Origin: Alphaproteobacteria bacterium
GTDB taxonomy: Bacteria; Pseudomonadota; Alphaproteobacteria; GCA-2731375
Length of the DNA: 64,000 bases
Direction: 5' to 3'
Assembly: GCA_965232515.1 (NCBI GenBank)
Contig: CBDDPY010000002.1
Span: 5,568,001-5,632,000 of the forward strand
Part shown: positions 28,492 through 39,967 of the stretch, piece by piece
Layout of the letters: each line of letters opens with the position of its first letter
Numbering within the stretch: the stretch's first letter is position 1
Translations under genes and position numbers: made by a program
Notes under the pieces: model-generated
What the model saw: the letters and a program-made list of their open reading frames with translations, nothing else
The model's database searches: none
What the model was told of the DNA's origin: nothing

Positions 28492-29094
28492 TCAGGCGCC
28501 GAAGGTCAGCGCATCTTTCGGCAGGTCGCGGCCCAACGCGGCGGCGAGCGCCGTCCAGTGCATGGTCTCGTCCGCGGCCAGGCGGCCGGCGGCCTGCGCC
28601 AGGCTGCGGTCGTTGAACGAGGGGATCACGCTCAAGTAGATGTCGGCCGCCTGCTTTTCCAGCGTTGCGGCCAAGCTCAGCACGTCGGTCTGTGATTTGA
28701 GCGTGCCGGCCTTCAGCTTCTCGGCATATTGCGCCAACGTCAGCGGACCGGCCGGCGCGCCGCCGAACTTGGTGACGGCGTTGGTCAGCGCCTCGGCATG
28801 CTGCTTGTGATGGCTTTGGAACAGGACCGCCACCGGCAGCACCTCGGGTCGAAGCAGGCCGCTTTCGGCGCCGAGTTGATAGGCGCCGATGGCCTCGTGC
28901 TCGAGGCCGAGAGCAGTGTTGAGGATGGCGACGTCTGCTGCCGGATCGGCTGCTTTGTCCGACTGGGCGATGCTCTCGCAGCCGACGATCGTCGCCACCG
29001 CGGTCGCGGACAGCGCGGCTTTGCCGGCGCCGCTCAACAACGCGCGTCGGGACCAGGTCTCGTCAGGTGCGTCCATCCTCTCATTACTCGTCAT
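28492..29094 (-). CDS. Ferritin-like domain protein, probably Tat-exported
   Basis: SRRALL signal; LEHEAI..Y, HHKQH, LEKQA..Y, DETMH. Confidence 0.8.
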   Translation of the reverse strand: MTSNERMDAPDETWSRRALLSGAGKAALSATAVATIVGCESIAQSDKAADPAADVAILNTALGLEHEAIGAYQLGAESGLLRPEVLPVAVLFQSHHKQHAEALTNAVTKFGGAPAGPLTLAQYAEKLKAGTLKSQTDVLSLAATLEKQAADIYLSVIPSFNDRSLAQAAGRLAADETMHWTALAAALGRDLPKDALTFGA

Positions 29095-29248
29095 GTTGCA
29101 GCTCTCCTCTGTCTTTATCGATACGATGCGCGTCCGAATCCCGATGCATGCATCGAACGCCGCGGTATATTCCGCGCCAGGATCATATTGTCGGAAAACC
29201 GGCTTGTCGCCGTTCTTGATGTCGTGGCGGCGGCCGCCGCCTCGAATG

Positions 29249-30082
29249 TCAGGGCAGTTGAGTGGCCGCCTGTTGCGGGCCGTCCCGGCGCGTTCGCACG
29301 GTCGTCAGGTGCCCGACGGCTTTACCGTACTTGGACGCCGCTTCCAGCCGCACCGGCACGACAATGCCGGCGTCGGGCAGTAATGCGACCCAGACGTAGG
29401 TCGGCGGCCGCTCTTCCCGACGTTCTTCCTCGGCCTCCTGGGACTTCTTGAAGCCGGCGACACGCTCGATCGAGATCTCGCATTTCAGCGCGCGACCGGC
29501 AAAGCCCGACAATTCGCTGGGCGCCAGCACGTCGTCGCTGACCACGGTCAAGCGCAGGTCGTAACGGCGCCGGCCGTCAAATATCGGCACCGCCCGATTG
29601 CAATAGTCCTGCGGCCGCTTCACCACCAGACCGGTAAGGGTCGCGGACAGAACGTCGAGCGTGCCCGCGCGCAGCGCATCAGGCACCGGCTCGCGGTCAT
29701 CGTCGTCCGGCGGCGGCGTGATATTGGCCTCAACGTCGCCGTCGCGGTCGTAATAAAGGCGTGTCAGGCGCTCGTTGAAGCGCCAGCGGCCGTCCTGGCG
29801 GTGCCATGCGGGTTTGACGCGGCCGTCCTCGATGACACCCTCGGAACTGCTGTCGGATCGCCATTGCGCGATCAGGTCGGCCATGCCCTGCGTGCGGGCG
29901 TTGGCGTTGATGCGATAGCGCGTGCCATCCAGCTTGGCGGAGATGTCCATCGCCATGGCATGCAGGCCGGCGGCGTAGAGATCGATCCGAAGATCCAGCA
30001 ACAGCGGCTTGTCGGCGGCCTGCCCGGTCAGGGGGAGGGCGACGATTGCCGCGATCGCGGCCGGACGGAGGAGGTGTCGCAT
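29249..30082 (-). CDS. DUF3108 domain protein
   Basis: Signal peptide; GTLDVLSA, PIFDGRRRYDL, VPVRLE. Confidence 0.8.
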   Translation of the reverse strand: MRHLLRPAAIAAIVALPLTGQAADKPLLLDLRIDLYAAGLHAMAMDISAKLDGTRYRINANARTQGMADLIAQWRSDSSSEGVIEDGRVKPAWHRQDGRWRFNERLTRLYYDRDGDVEANITPPPDDDDREPVPDALRAGTLDVLSATLTGLVVKRPQDYCNRAVPIFDGRRRYDLRLTVVSDDVLAPSELSGFAGRALKCEISIERVAGFKKSQEAEEERREERPPTYVWVALLPDAGIVVPVRLEAASKYGKAVGHLTTVRTRRDGPQQAATQLP

Positions 30083-30189
30083 GACTTCGCTAACGTCGTT
30101 CGAATTACGCCGGCGTCAAGGTCCGGTCCGAAGATGTGATCGTATGACCGGCGGCTGTTGTCATAATGCCTCTGACGCGCCGTGCAAAC

Positions 30190-30660
30190 TCAAATTTTCA
30201 TGACGGTCTGCGCATCCGGGGTTGCGCGCTGGCTTTCGGCCATCCGGCCCAGCAGGCGATGGACCTTCTCCGGCGTGTGGCCGAGCTGCACGAACGCTTC
30301 GCCGGCCTTGGCGATGTCCTCGTAGCGGGCGATCAGGCCGTCACGCAGTTTGAACAGGCCGACACCGTCCATGAAGATGCGCCGTCCCTCGCCGGGACCG
30401 ACCTTGCCGGTGAAGCTGAAGGCCCAGCGGGCATAGCCGGTCTCGCCGTCGCTGACCGGATCGATCATCCGCCAGCGGAAATCCTTGCCGTCGCGGTAGA
30501 AATAGTTGGTCAGCATATCGCTGATGGCGTCCCGGCCGGTGAATTCGCCGTAGAAAACATCGTCATAGACGCCGTCCGGCGTAAAAGTGGCGGCCAGCGC
30601 ATCGCCGTCGCCGGCCTCGACGGCGGCGCAGAAGGTCGACAGCAGGTCCTGGAAATCCAT
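30190..30660 (-). CDS. NTF2-like/SnoaL-like protein
   Basis: FTPDGVYDD..G..TGRDAI, RDGLIARYED; AGGAG RBS. Confidence 0.85.
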   Translation of the reverse strand: MDFQDLLSTFCAAVEAGDGDALAATFTPDGVYDDVFYGEFTGRDAISDMLTNYFYRDGKDFRWRMIDPVSDGETGYARWAFSFTGKVGPGEGRRIFMDGVGLFKLRDGLIARYEDIAKAGEAFVQLGHTPEKVHRLLGRMAESQRATPDAQTVMKI

Positions 30661-30798
30661 GCACGTTCTCCTGTTCAGGCGTCTTGACGCTGTCGGCCGC
30701 TTGCCGTAAACAGCGGGGCCGTTGCCATGGCGGCGCCGACAGGCGCGCGTGGCAGCCGAATTAACCATCATTTTCTCAGACTTAACCGGATCAAGGCA

Positions 30799-31098
30799 AT
30801 GGCGCGACGTTGTGAACTCACGGGCAAGGCGGTGCAGGCCGGTAATAACGTCAGCCACGCCAACAACAGGTCCCGGCGGCGGTTCCTGCCGAACGTCCAG
30901 GACAAGACGCTGCAATCCGACGCGCTGGGCCGAACGGTCCGTTTCAAGGTGTCGACCGCGGCTTTGCGGTCGGTCGAACATAATGGCGGCCTCGACAATT
31001 TCCTGCTCAAGGCGCGCGACACCGACCTGTCGCTGAAGGCGCGCCGCCTGAAGCGCGACATCGCCAAGGCGCGGGCCGCGCAGACCGCGACCGCCTGA
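30799..31098 (+). CDS. rpmB: 50S ribosomal protein L28
   Basis: [32 protein letters not shown]. Confidence 0.97.
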   Translation: MARRCELTGKAVQAGNNVSHANNRSRRRFLPNVQDKTLQSDALGRTVRFKVSTAALRSVEHNGGLDNFLLKARDTDLSLKARRLKRDIAKARAAQTATA

Positions 31099-31129
31099 GC
31101 GCGGCGCCCTGCCGCCGGCGGGTTCTGTC

Positions 31130-31684
31130 ATGAACGACACGGGGTTCCGGCCGCTGGTCCTGCCGGTGATCGCGATGATCTGCGTGGTCGTCGCCTCGAA
31201 CGTGGCCGTGCAGTATCCCTTCACGCCGCTCGGCCTTGCCGACTGGCTCACCTGGGGCGCGTTCACTTATCCCATTGCCTTTCTGGTGACGGACCTGACG
31301 AACCGTCGGTTCGGCGCGGCGGCAACGCGGAACGTTGTCTATGTCGGGTTCGCGCTTGCCGTTGTGCTGTCGGTCGTTGCCGCCGGCTGGCGGGTTGCCG
31401 TCGCCTCGGGGACGGCGTTCCTGATCGCGCAGCTGCTGGATGTGTTCATCTTCGACCGCCTGCGCAAGGCGGCCTGGTGGCAGGCGCCGCTGGCGTCGTC
31501 GCTGCTGGGCTCGGCCGTCGACACGGCGTTGTTCTTCAGTCTCGCCTTCGCTTATACCGGTCTGCCCTGGCATACCTGGGCGATGGGCGATTTCGCCGCC
31601 AAGCTGATCATGGCCGCGGCCCTGCTGCTGCCGTTCCGCGCCGCCATGCGCTGGATCGCGCCGCAGCCCGCTGCCGCTCGTTAA
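31130..31684 (+). CDS. VUT/YhhQ family queuosine precursor transporter
   Basis: ASNVAVQ, TWGAFTYPIAFLVTDLTNR, ASGTAFLIAQLLD. Confidence 0.88.
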   Translation: MNDTGFRPLVLPVIAMICVVVASNVAVQYPFTPLGLADWLTWGAFTYPIAFLVTDLTNRRFGAAATRNVVYVGFALAVVLSVVAAGWRVAVASGTAFLIAQLLDVFIFDRLRKAAWWQAPLASSLLGSAVDTALFFSLAFAYTGLPWHTWAMGDFAAKLIMAAALLLPFRAAMRWIAPQPAAAR

Positions 31685-32685
31685 CCGGTTTCGTCAAGCG
31701 CGAACAACAACAACAGTGTCCGCTGCAGCAGGCGGTTGAAGTTGTCGTCCGACAGGATGTAGATCAGCGTCGCGCCGTCGGGATCGCGGTCGACGGCGAT
31801 GCCTTCGAAATTGTCGACGCTGAGCGACCGTTCGAGCCGCGCCAGCTCTGTGCCGACGAGGCGTGCGCCGGGTCTGATCGTGTTTCTCGAGATCCGCTGC
31901 ACCCGTCCGGCGACCCCGCCCACGGCGGTGAAGCGTCGCTCCAGAGCAATGACGTCGCCGTCGGGAAGGACGGCAAAATCAGTCGGCTTGAATTGGCCGG
32001 TCGCCGCGTAGCGGACGTCATGCCAGGCATTGTCGCGCCAGAGCCAGCCGACGAAGTCGCCGTTCGCGCCGCGATAGTCTTCGGCGACGATCAGCAATTC
32101 GCCGTCCGTGAAGGCGGCGATGGCCTCGATGCCGCCGTTGAGCGGTGCGAGCCGCAATGCGGGCGGAGTCTTGAACGGTGTTGGCGTGGTCTGGGCCGGC
32201 GTCGGACCGGGTTGGTAGCGCCACAGGCGGTGCCGACGCTCGAAACTGACGATCAGCCCACCGTCAGGCAGGCGTTCGACCGCTTCGGCGTCGCGCATGA
32301 CGTTTCCGCCGGCGATCCGGCCGCCGCTGCGGCCGCGCATCGGCGACAGGTCGGCATTTGCCAATCCGCGCAGTCGGCCGTCATCGGCCCGAAGAATATC
32401 GGCGGTGAACCAGTAGGCGCGATCGTTCACGGCGATCAGGCGACGGCCGCCATCACCAAGCGTCAGGCCCGACAACCCGCCGAACGCCCTGTCGGCGGAA
32501 CGCAGCCAAAGACCGCCGAGGTAGCGCAGCTGGCCGACGCGGGTCACCGACGGGTCTTCCGGGTCGAGGGGCACCGCCTCGGTCTTCAGCGCGATCGGTT
32601 CGGCCATGGCCGATGCCGTCAGCAGGCAGATCGAAACAAGCCCCGCCGAGAGCCGGGCGAGGGAGAATTGACACCGCTTCATCAC
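31681..32685 (-). CDS. Esterase-like activity of phytase family secreted protein
   Basis: FGGLSGL, DAEA, NGGIEA, DNFEGI, LSDDNFN..QRTLLL. Confidence 0.85.
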   Translation of the reverse strand: MMKRCQFSLARLSAGLVSICLLTASAMAEPIALKTEAVPLDPEDPSVTRVGQLRYLGGLWLRSADRAFGGLSGLTLGDGGRRLIAVNDRAYWFTADILRADDGRLRGLANADLSPMRGRSGGRIAGGNVMRDAEAVERLPDGGLIVSFERRHRLWRYQPGPTPAQTTPTPFKTPPALRLAPLNGGIEAIAAFTDGELLIVAEDYRGANGDFVGWLWRDNAWHDVRYAATGQFKPTDFAVLPDGDVIALERRFTAVGGVAGRVQRISRNTIRPGARLVGTELARLERSLSVDNFEGIAVDRDPDGATLIYILSDDNFNRLLQRTLLLLFALDETG

Positions 32686-32771
32686 ACGTCCGTGTGTGGT
32701 TCGCCCGTTGATCCGAGGTTAGTCTGAGCCCAATTTTATCTAAGGTTTTTCCGAGGGAGGGATAGCAAGAC

Positions 32772-33545
32772 ATGTTAGCACGGCGTGAAATCGTCAAGGG
32801 TGTGGCGGGCCTGCCGCTGGCGGCGGTCCTGGCCAATCCGATGCTGGCGCGGGCGGCCGCGGCCGATCTGAAGAAAGTGACCATCAACACGACGGACGGG
32901 CGCCGCGTTGACGCCTCGCTGGCCATGCCCGCGACGACGCCGGCACCGGCGGTGATCCTGATCCATGAATGGTGGGGCCTGAACGACCAGATCAAGGCCG
33001 TCGCGGCCGAGTTCGCCAATCAGGGCTACCTGGGGTTGGCCGTCGATCTCTATGGCGGACAGGCGGCGACGACGCGCGAGGATGCCCGCGCGCTGATGCA
33101 AAAGGTCGAACCGCCGGCCGCGGTCGATACGCTGACATCGTGGGCCCGTTGGCTGAACAAGCATCCGAAGTCCAGCGGCAAGCTGGGATCGGTCGGCTGG
33201 TGTTTCGGCGGCGGCTGGTCGCTGATGACCGGTATCAGCACGCCCACCGAAGCGACCGTGATCTACTACGGCAACGTGGCCCGCACGGCCGATGAGCTCG
33301 CCTCGCTGAAAGGCCCGGTGTTGGGGCATTTCGCCACCCGCGACGGCTGGATCAATCAGCCCATGGTCGACGGCTTTACGGCCGAGATGAAGAAGGCCGG
33401 CAAGGACCTGACCGTGCACTGGTACGAGGCCGACCACGCCTTCGCGAACCCGACCAGCGCCCGCTACGACGAAGAGGATGCGAAGCTCTCTTGGGAACGC
33501 ACCATGGCGTTCTTCGGCGAGCACCTGGAGAATACGTCGGGCTAA
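32772..33545 (+). CDS. Dienelactone hydrolase family protein, Tat-like signal
   Basis: HEWWGLN, GWCFGG, HAFANP. Confidence 0.92.
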   Translation: MLARREIVKGVAGLPLAAVLANPMLARAAAADLKKVTINTTDGRRVDASLAMPATTPAPAVILIHEWWGLNDQIKAVAAEFANQGYLGLAVDLYGGQAATTREDARALMQKVEPPAAVDTLTSWARWLNKHPKSSGKLGSVGWCFGGGWSLMTGISTPTEATVIYYGNVARTADELASLKGPVLGHFATRDGWINQPMVDGFTAEMKKAGKDLTVHWYEADHAFANPTSARYDEEDAKLSWERTMAFFGEHLENTSG

Positions 33546-33550
33546 GTGGG

Positions 33551-35446
33551 CTAGGCGGTTGCCCGTCGGCGTCCGCCGGTGGGCGCCGCCCCGGCGCTCT
33601 GGCGATGCTGGTGCGGTTCCTCGTCGAACAGTTCGGCGAGTTTTTCCATCATGGCGCCGCCAAGCTGCTCTGCGTCGACGATCGTCACTGCCCGGCGATA
33701 GTACCGCGTGACGTCGTGGCCGATGCCGATGGCGATCAGCTCGACCGGTGAGTAGGTCTCGATCAGATCGATGGTCGTGCGCAGGTGGCGCTCGAGATAG
33801 TTGCCGGGATTGACCGACAACGTGCTGTCGTCGACCGGCGCGCCGTCCGAGATCACCATCAGGATCCGCCGCTGCTCGGAGCGCACCATCAACCGGTTGT
33901 GGGCCCAGAGCAGGGCTTCGCCGTCGATGTTTTCCTTCAGCAGGCCTTCCCGCATCATCAGGCCCAGGCTCTTGCGCGCCCGCCGCCAAGGCGCGTCGGC
34001 CGGCTTGTAGACGATGTGACGCAGATCGTTGAGACGGCCGGGATTGGCCGGCTTGCCCTCGCGCAGCCATTTCTCGCGGCTCTGGCCACCCTTCCAGGCG
34101 CGCGTCGTGAAGCCGAGGATCTCGACCTTGACCGCGCAGCGCTCCAGCGTGCGGGCCAGCATGTCCGCGCACATCGCCGCCACGGTAATCGGCCGTCCGC
34201 GCATCGAGCCGGAGTTATCGATCAGCAGCGTCACCACGGTATCGCGGAAATCGGTGTCCTTCTCCCACTTGTAGGACAGCGGGTTTTCCGGATTGGCGAT
34301 TACCCGGGCGAGCTTACCGGCGTCCAGGATGCCCTCGTCCAGATCGAAGTCCCAGGACCTGTTTTGTTTCGCCAGCAGGCGGCGCTGCAGCCGGTTGGCG
34401 AGCTTCGAGACCACGCCCTGGAGCTGGCTCAGCTGCTGGTCGAGATAGACCCTGAGGCGCGACAGCTCCTCGGCGTCGCAGAGATCGGCGGCCTCGATGA
34501 CCTCGTCGAATTCACCCGTGTAGGCCGAGTAGGCCTTCTGGTTCGCGGCGTCGGCCAGCATGTCCTCGGGCCGCCACTGCCGCCGGCCGCGTCCCGGGTC
34601 CTCGCTGCCGGCGCCCTCCATGGGCTGATCGCTGTCGACGGCGGCCGCCATCTCGGCATCCTCGGCGGCGCCGTCCTGGCCGTCGGCCATCTGGTCGGCG
34701 GCGGCCTCGTCGGCGGCGCCTTCGCCGCCATCGCCGTCGCCTTCGCCGCTGCCGTCGGGCTGTTGCTCCTGGTCGTCCTCGGCGCTGTCGTCGTATTCCT
34801 CGTTCTCGGTGAAATCGTCCTCGCCGAGCTCGAGATCGGAGATCAATTTGCGCGTGAAGCGGGCGAAAGCTTCTTGATCGCCACAGCAGTTGACGAGCTG
34901 GTCCAGATCGTCGTGCCCCTTGTCCTCGATCCAGGGACGAAGGCTGTCGACCATGTGCCGGGCTTCCGCCGGCGGCATCTTGCCGGTCAGGCGTTCGCGC
35001 AGCAGCAGGCCGATGATGTCCGGCAGCACGCTGTCGCCGGGCTCGGTGACATTGGCATAGCCGCGGGTCTTGCAGCGCTCCTGCAGCATGGTGTCGAGGT
35101 TCATCGACACACCGATCATGCGGTTGGCGCCCAGCGACTCGACGCGGGCCTGCTCGGCCGCCTCGAACACGGCCCGGGCGGTCGCGCCCTTCGGCTGAAA
35201 GCGGGTGTGCAGCCGGTTGTCGTGATAGCGGACCCACAGCGCCAAGGCGTCGCCAGCGCCGCGGACGTTCGCGACCTCGCTGCCGGCCAGCTCGCGCGAA
35301 GGCTGCGGCAACCGGGCCCGGCCGCCGCGGACCTGAGCGCCCTCGGCGCCGAAGGTGACGTGCAGATCGCGGTCGCGCGCGATCGCCCGCACGGCCGCCG
35401 ACACCGCCCGCTTGAAAGGCTCGACCGGGTTCTCCGGCTTCGTCAC
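33551..35446 (-). CDS. cobT: CobT (VWA domain, acidic linker)
   Basis: [41 protein letters not shown]. Confidence 0.95.
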   Translation of the reverse strand: MTKPENPVEPFKRAVSAAVRAIARDRDLHVTFGAEGAQVRGGRARLPQPSRELAGSEVANVRGAGDALALWVRYHDNRLHTRFQPKGATARAVFEAAEQARVESLGANRMIGVSMNLDTMLQERCKTRGYANVTEPGDSVLPDIIGLLLRERLTGKMPPAEARHMVDSLRPWIEDKGHDDLDQLVNCCGDQEAFARFTRKLISDLELGEDDFTENEEYDDSAEDDQEQQPDGSGEGDGDGGEGAADEAAADQMADGQDGAAEDAEMAAAVDSDQPMEGAGSEDPGRGRRQWRPEDMLADAANQKAYSAYTGEFDEVIEAADLCDAEELSRLRVYLDQQLSQLQGVVSKLANRLQRRLLAKQNRSWDFDLDEGILDAGKLARVIANPENPLSYKWEKDTDFRDTVVTLLIDNSGSMRGRPITVAAMCADMLARTLERCAVKVEILGFTTRAWKGGQSREKWLREGKPANPGRLNDLRHIVYKPADAPWRRARKSLGLMMREGLLKENIDGEALLWAHNRLMVRSEQRRILMVISDGAPVDDSTLSVNPGNYLERHLRTTIDLIETYSPVELIAIGIGHDVTRYYRRAVTIVDAEQLGGAMMEKLAELFDEEPHQHRQSAGAAPTGGRRRATA

Positions 35447-35464
35447 CTCGGCCCTCGATCCGCC

Positions 35465-36469
35465 TTAGACCAGCCGCACTTTGGCGGCGGATTCCGGCAG
35501 TTCCTCGCCGAAGCAGCGCTGGTAGTACTCGGCCACCACCGGCCGCTCGATCTCGTCGCAGCGGTTCAGGAAGCTCACCCGGAAGGCGAAGCCGACATCG
35601 TCGAAGATCGAGGCGTTCTCGGCCCAGGTGATCACCGTCCGGGGCGACATCACGGTCGAGATGTCGCCGTTGATGAAGCCCGAGCGGGTCAGGTCGGCGA
35701 CCGAGACCATGGCGTTGATGGCCTTGCGGCCGTCGGCCGTGTCGTAGTCCGGTACCTTGGCGAGCGAGATCTCGACTTCCTCGTCGTGCTCCAGATAGTT
35801 CAGCGTGGTGACGATGCTCCAGCGGTCCATCTGGCCCTGGTTGATCTGCTGCGTGCCGTGATAGAGGCCCGTGGTGTCGCCGAGACCGATGGTGTTGGTC
35901 GTCGAGAACAGCCGGAACGCGTCATGCGGCCGGATCACGCGGTTCTGGTCCAGGAGCGTCAGCTTGCCCTCGACCTCCAGCACGCGCTGAATCACGAACA
36001 TCACATCGGGCCGGCCCGCGTCGTACTCGTCGAATACCAGCGCGCAGGGATGCTGCAGCGCCCAGGGCAGGATGCCCTCGCGGAACTCGGTGATCTGCTT
36101 ACCCTCGCGCAGGACGATGGCGTCCTTGCCGATCAGATCGATACGGCTGATATGACTGTCCAGATTCACCCGCACGCAAGGCCAGTTCAGCCGGGCCGCG
36201 ACCTGCTCGATATGGGTCGATTTGCCGGTACCGTGATACCCCTGGATCATGACGCGCCGGTTGTAGGCAAAGCCGGCGAGGATGGCCATGGTGGTCTCGT
36301 GATCGAAGCGGTAGGCCTCGTCCACGTCGGGTACGAGGTCGCTGGACTCGGAAAAACCCGGCACTTCCATATCGCTGTCCAGGCCGAAGCTCTGGCGCAC
36401 GTTGACCGTGATATCCGGTCGATCCAGTGGGTGAGCCGACGCGTCGTCGGCAGTCGCGGTAAGCGTCAT
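35465..36469 (-). CDS. cobS: CobS (AAA+ ATPase)
   Basis: [31 protein letters not shown]. Confidence 0.95.
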   Translation of the reverse strand: MTLTATADDASAHPLDRPDITVNVRQSFGLDSDMEVPGFSESSDLVPDVDEAYRFDHETTMAILAGFAYNRRVMIQGYHGTGKSTHIEQVAARLNWPCVRVNLDSHISRIDLIGKDAIVLREGKQITEFREGILPWALQHPCALVFDEYDAGRPDVMFVIQRVLEVEGKLTLLDQNRVIRPHDAFRLFSTTNTIGLGDTTGLYHGTQQINQGQMDRWSIVTTLNYLEHDEEVEISLAKVPDYDTADGRKAINAMVSVADLTRSGFINGDISTVMSPRTVITWAENASIFDDVGFAFRVSFLNRCDEIERPVVAEYYQRCFGEELPESAAKVRLV

Positions 36470-36532
36470 CTTCAGGGAAACCCCTAATGCTAATGCTGTG
36501 CCCGGTCCGGCGGAATGTCTGGTCCGGGTGGC

Positions 36533-37114
36533 CTACGTATAGCCGCACGTCAAAAGGTAGCTGTACGCCTCATTGATTGCCTTGAAGCGTTCCTCAGCCG
36601 CCTTGTCGCCGCCATTCGCGTCCGGATGGTGGCGCTTCACCAGTTGCTTATAACGCATTTTGATTCCTTGCAAGTCGGCTGTGGCATCCAGATCGAGCTT
36701 GGCCAGCGCGCGGCGCTGACGGGCGTCCATTAGCTGCTCGGCCGGTGACGCCTCGGCGCGGCCATCGGCGAAGCGGCTGCCGAAAACCCCGAACTCGTCC
36801 CGCACCCGGCCTTCGGCCCAGGCCCGGTAGCCGGCATGTCCCAGCTTCCAGGTCGGCCGGTGCCCGGTAATGGCTTCGCGCCGGAACCGCTCGATCTTTT
36901 CCTCGCTCCAGCCCTGGAAATAATCCCACGAGGCGTTGTATTCGCGGACGTGATCCAGGCAGAACCAGTAATAGACGTCAGGATTTTCGCGCGAACGCGG
37001 CGCCCGATGCTCGCCGGCTTCCGTGCAGCCGGGATGGTCGCACATGCGCGCGTGGTTGCCGTCGGTCTCGATGTCTACGGCGGCGAGGGGGATTTGACGT
37101 GTCGATCTGCTCAC
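36533..37114 (-). CDS. J-domain protein with N-terminal Cys/His motif
   Basis: CDHPGC...FCLDHVREYN; C-terminal J domain with HPD (KRHHPDANGG). Confidence 0.9.
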   Translation of the reverse strand: MSRSTRQIPLAAVDIETDGNHARMCDHPGCTEAGEHRAPRSRENPDVYYWFCLDHVREYNASWDYFQGWSEEKIERFRREAITGHRPTWKLGHAGYRAWAEGRVRDEFGVFGSRFADGRAEASPAEQLMDARQRRALAKLDLDATADLQGIKMRYKQLVKRHHPDANGGDKAAEERFKAINEAYSYLLTCGYT

Positions 37115-37215
37115 GGAACAAGTATGGTTCGTCGCAAATTGGCTTTCAACCGACCTGGCGGCGGGGTCTTTGCATTCTCGCCCGGCGCGGTTGATATTCC
37201 GTATGTGAGGTGGTT

Positions 37216-37494
37216 ATGCGCGTTGCGGACCGCATTAAGGATAAGCTCGTCACGGCGCTGTCGCCGACCCGGATCGAGGTGGTGGACGAATCCCATCTGC
37301 ATGCCGGCCATGCCGGCGCCCGGCCCGAAGGCGAAACCCATTTCCGGGTCGAGATCGTTGCCGCGGCGTTCGCCGGTCAGAACCGGGTGGCGCGCCAGCG
37401 CATGGTCAACGACGTGCTGGCCGAGGAGCTGGCCGACCGGGTGCATGCCCTGTCGATGAAGACGCTGGCGCCCGAGGAAGACGGCAGCGGCTGA
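37216..37494 (+). CDS. bolA: BolA family protein
   Basis: DESHLHAGH, GETHF, F.G..RVARQRMV, VHALS. Confidence 0.92.
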   Translation: MRVADRIKDKLVTALSPTRIEVVDESHLHAGHAGARPEGETHFRVEIVAAAFAGQNRVARQRMVNDVLAEELADRVHALSMKTLAPEEDGSG

Positions 37495-37512
37495 GACGCC
37501 CGACGCGGCGGG

Positions 37513-38787
37513 TCAGCTCGCCGCGGGCGGCCGGATCCGCAGCATGGTGATCTGGTTGCGCTGGCGCCGCAGCACCTCGAAGCCGAAGTCGTGGAACGAG
37601 AACCGGTCGCCGCCTTCCGGGATGCGGCGGGCGAGGTGGATCAGCAGGCCGGCGATGGTGGCGGCGTCGTCCTCGGGCAGGTCCCAGTCGCAATGCCGGT
37701 TCAGGTCGCGCACGGTCACCGAGCCGTCCACCACATAGCTGCCGTCGGCCTGGCGGCGGATCTGCGAGGCCGCGGCGATATCGTGTTCGTCCGAGATCTC
37801 GCCGACGATCTCCTCCAGAATGTCCTCCAGCGTCACCAGGCCCATGAGCGCGCCGTATTCGTCGATCACCAGGGCGAAGTGCTCGCGCCGGGCCTGAAAG
37901 GCGTTCAGCTGCTCCATCAGGCTGGTGGTCTCGGGCACGAACCAGGGGTCGCGGGCGAGCTCCGTGATGCTCAGCTTCTCGAGTGATCCGCCGTTCTCGC
38001 TGATCGCCCGCAGCAGATCCTTGGCATGCAGCACGCCGACGATGTTCTCGGCGTCGTCGCGCCACAGCGGAATGCGGGTATGCGGGCTGTCCAGCACCTC
38101 GCGCACGATCGCCGCCGGCGCCTGGCCGGTGTCGATCATGACCATGTTCTTGCGGTGCACCATGATGTCGAGAACGGTCACGTCGGACAGATCGAGAATG
38201 CTGTCCAGCATGTCGCGGTCGGTCTTGATCAGCGCGCCCTCGCGGGTGTGCAGATCGAGCGCGCCGCGCAGCTCGTCGGTTGACGAGACCAGCTCGCCGG
38301 CGCGCTCGATCTGTACGCCGAACAGCCGCAGGGTCACGTTCACCACAGCTTGTACGACTGCCGTGATCGGCGCCAGAACCCGCACCACCACCGCCAGCAG
38401 GGGCGCCATGGCGAGCGCCACCCGGTCCGGGTTGTAGAGCGCGTAGGTCTTGGGCAGCACCTCGGCGAAGATCAGCACGAGCGCGGTCATGATTACGGTG
38501 GCGTAGGCGACGCCGGCTTCGCCGAAGGCGGCGATCAGGATGCTGGTGGCGAGCGCCGAGGCCAGGATGTTGACCAGGTTGTTGCCGAGCAGGATCGCGC
38601 CGATCAGCTTGTCCTTCTTCTTGATCAGCTCGTTGACCTTGCCGGCGCGCTTGCTGCCCGTGCGCTCCAAATGATGCATGCGGGCGCGCGACGCGGCGGT
38701 CAGGCCGGTTTCGGAGCCTGAGAACAAGCCCGACAGGATCAACAGGCCGGCGATCGCCAGTATGGAGAGGAGGAGTTCGGTTTCCAT
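37513..38787 (-). CDS. HlyC/CorC (CNNM-CBS) family transporter
   Basis: FSGSET, ILLGNNLVN, EVLPKT, DEYG, EDILEEIVGEI. Confidence 0.93.
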   Translation of the reverse strand: METELLLSILAIAGLLILSGLFSGSETGLTAASRARMHHLERTGSKRAGKVNELIKKKDKLIGAILLGNNLVNILASALATSILIAAFGEAGVAYATVIMTALVLIFAEVLPKTYALYNPDRVALAMAPLLAVVVRVLAPITAVVQAVVNVTLRLFGVQIERAGELVSSTDELRGALDLHTREGALIKTDRDMLDSILDLSDVTVLDIMVHRKNMVMIDTGQAPAAIVREVLDSPHTRIPLWRDDAENIVGVLHAKDLLRAISENGGSLEKLSITELARDPWFVPETTSLMEQLNAFQARREHFALVIDEYGALMGLVTLEDILEEIVGEISDEHDIAAASQIRRQADGSYVVDGSVTVRDLNRHCDWDLPEDDAATIAGLLIHLARRIPEGGDRFSFHDFGFEVLRRQRNQITMLRIRPPAAS

Positions 38788-38845
38788 CTAACGGGAAAAG
38801 AGCTTCGACGCACTTGTTATGTCGGAACTATGGCAGCAAGCGGCC

Positions 38846-39967
38846 TCATGTCGCCAGTTCGTTTTGCAGCACGGCGGCGACGTCGTCGGTGGCGACATCG
38901 CGGCTGACAAAGGCGTCGCCGATGCCGCGAACCAGCACGAAGGTCAGCTGGCCGTCGCGTACCTTCTTGTCCTGGCGCATGTGCCGCAGCAGCGCCTCGA
39001 CCTCGAAATAGCCGTTACCGATCTCGCCCGGGCTGGTCGGCAGGCCGACGGCCGCCAGGTGCCGCCGCACGCGGGCGGCATCGTCCGGTGGGCATAATCC
39101 CAGGCGCGCCGAGAGCTCGAAAGCCAGGACCATGCCGATCGCCACCCCTTCGCCGTGGCGCAGGCGGTCGTCGTAGCCGACTTCGGCCTCCAGCGCGTGG
39201 CCGAAGGTGTGGCCGAGGTTCAACAGCGCGCGGTCGCCGGACTCGCGTTCGTCGGCGGCGACGATGCGGGCCTTCATCTCGCAGCTCGTGACCACGGCCC
39301 GCGTCAGAGCGGCGACATCGCCTTCGGCCACGTGCGTGCCATGACCCTCCAGCCAGTGAAAGAAGTCCGCGTCGCCCAGTAGGCCGTACTTCGCCACTTC
39401 GGCATAGCCGGCCAGGCGCTCGCGGTGCGGCAGCGTCGCCAGTATGCCGACATCGGCCAGCACCATGCGCGGCTGGTGAAAGGCGCCGATCAGATTCTTG
39501 CCATGGGCCGTATTGATGCCGGTCTTGCCGCCGACCGAGCTGTCGACCTGGGCCAGCAGCGTGGTCGGAATCTGCACGAAGTCGACGCCGCGGCGCAACA
39601 CGGCCGCGGCGAAGCCCGCCATGTCGCCGACCACGCCGCCGCCCAGCGCCACGAGGATATCGTCGCGCGCCACTTCGAGCTCAAGCAGCCGCGCCGACAG
39701 CCGTTCGAGTTCGGCGAAGGACTTGCTGCTTTCGCCAGGCGGCAACGCAATCGCCTCGCAGTCGATGCCGTGCTGGTCAAGGGCGCCGGCGAGCGCTTCC
39801 AGGTGCAGGTCGGCGACGGTTTCGTCGGTCACCACCACGGCGCGCTTGCGCGGCAACAGCGGCGCCAGCAACGCGCCGGCCTCGGCGAGCACGCCGTCGC
39901 CCACCAGAATGTCATAGCTGCGCGCTCCGAGATCGACCCGAACCGTCACGGGCGGCGCAATCGTCAT
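38846..39967 (-). CDS. aroB: 3-dehydroquinate synthase
   Basis: [35 protein letters not shown]. Confidence 0.97.
   Translation of the reverse strand: MTIAPPVTVRVDLGARSYDILVGDGVLAEAGALLAPLLPRKRAVVVTDETVADLHLEALAGALDQHGIDCEAIALPPGESSKSFAELERLSARLLELEVARDDILVALGGGVVGDMAGFAAAVLRRGVDFVQIPTTLLAQVDSSVGGKTGINTAHGKNLIGAFHQPRMVLADVGILATLPHRERLAGYAEVAKYGLLGDADFFHWLEGHGTHVAEGDVAALTRAVVTSCEMKARIVAADERESGDRALLNLGHTFGHALEAEVGYDDRLRHGEGVAIGMVLAFELSARLGLCPPDDAARVRRHLAAVGLPTSPGEIGNGYFEVEALLRHMRQDKKVRDGQLTFVLVRGIGDAFVSRDVATDDVAAVLQNELAT

Noticed and set aside
33785-36487. Very long antisense ORFs (900 aa here; also 23236-25497, 44919-46967, 60387-61901 and many shorter ones)
   Set aside because: Shadow frames opposite well-supported genes in high-GC DNA; no motifs, and the 900-aa frame spans two real genes
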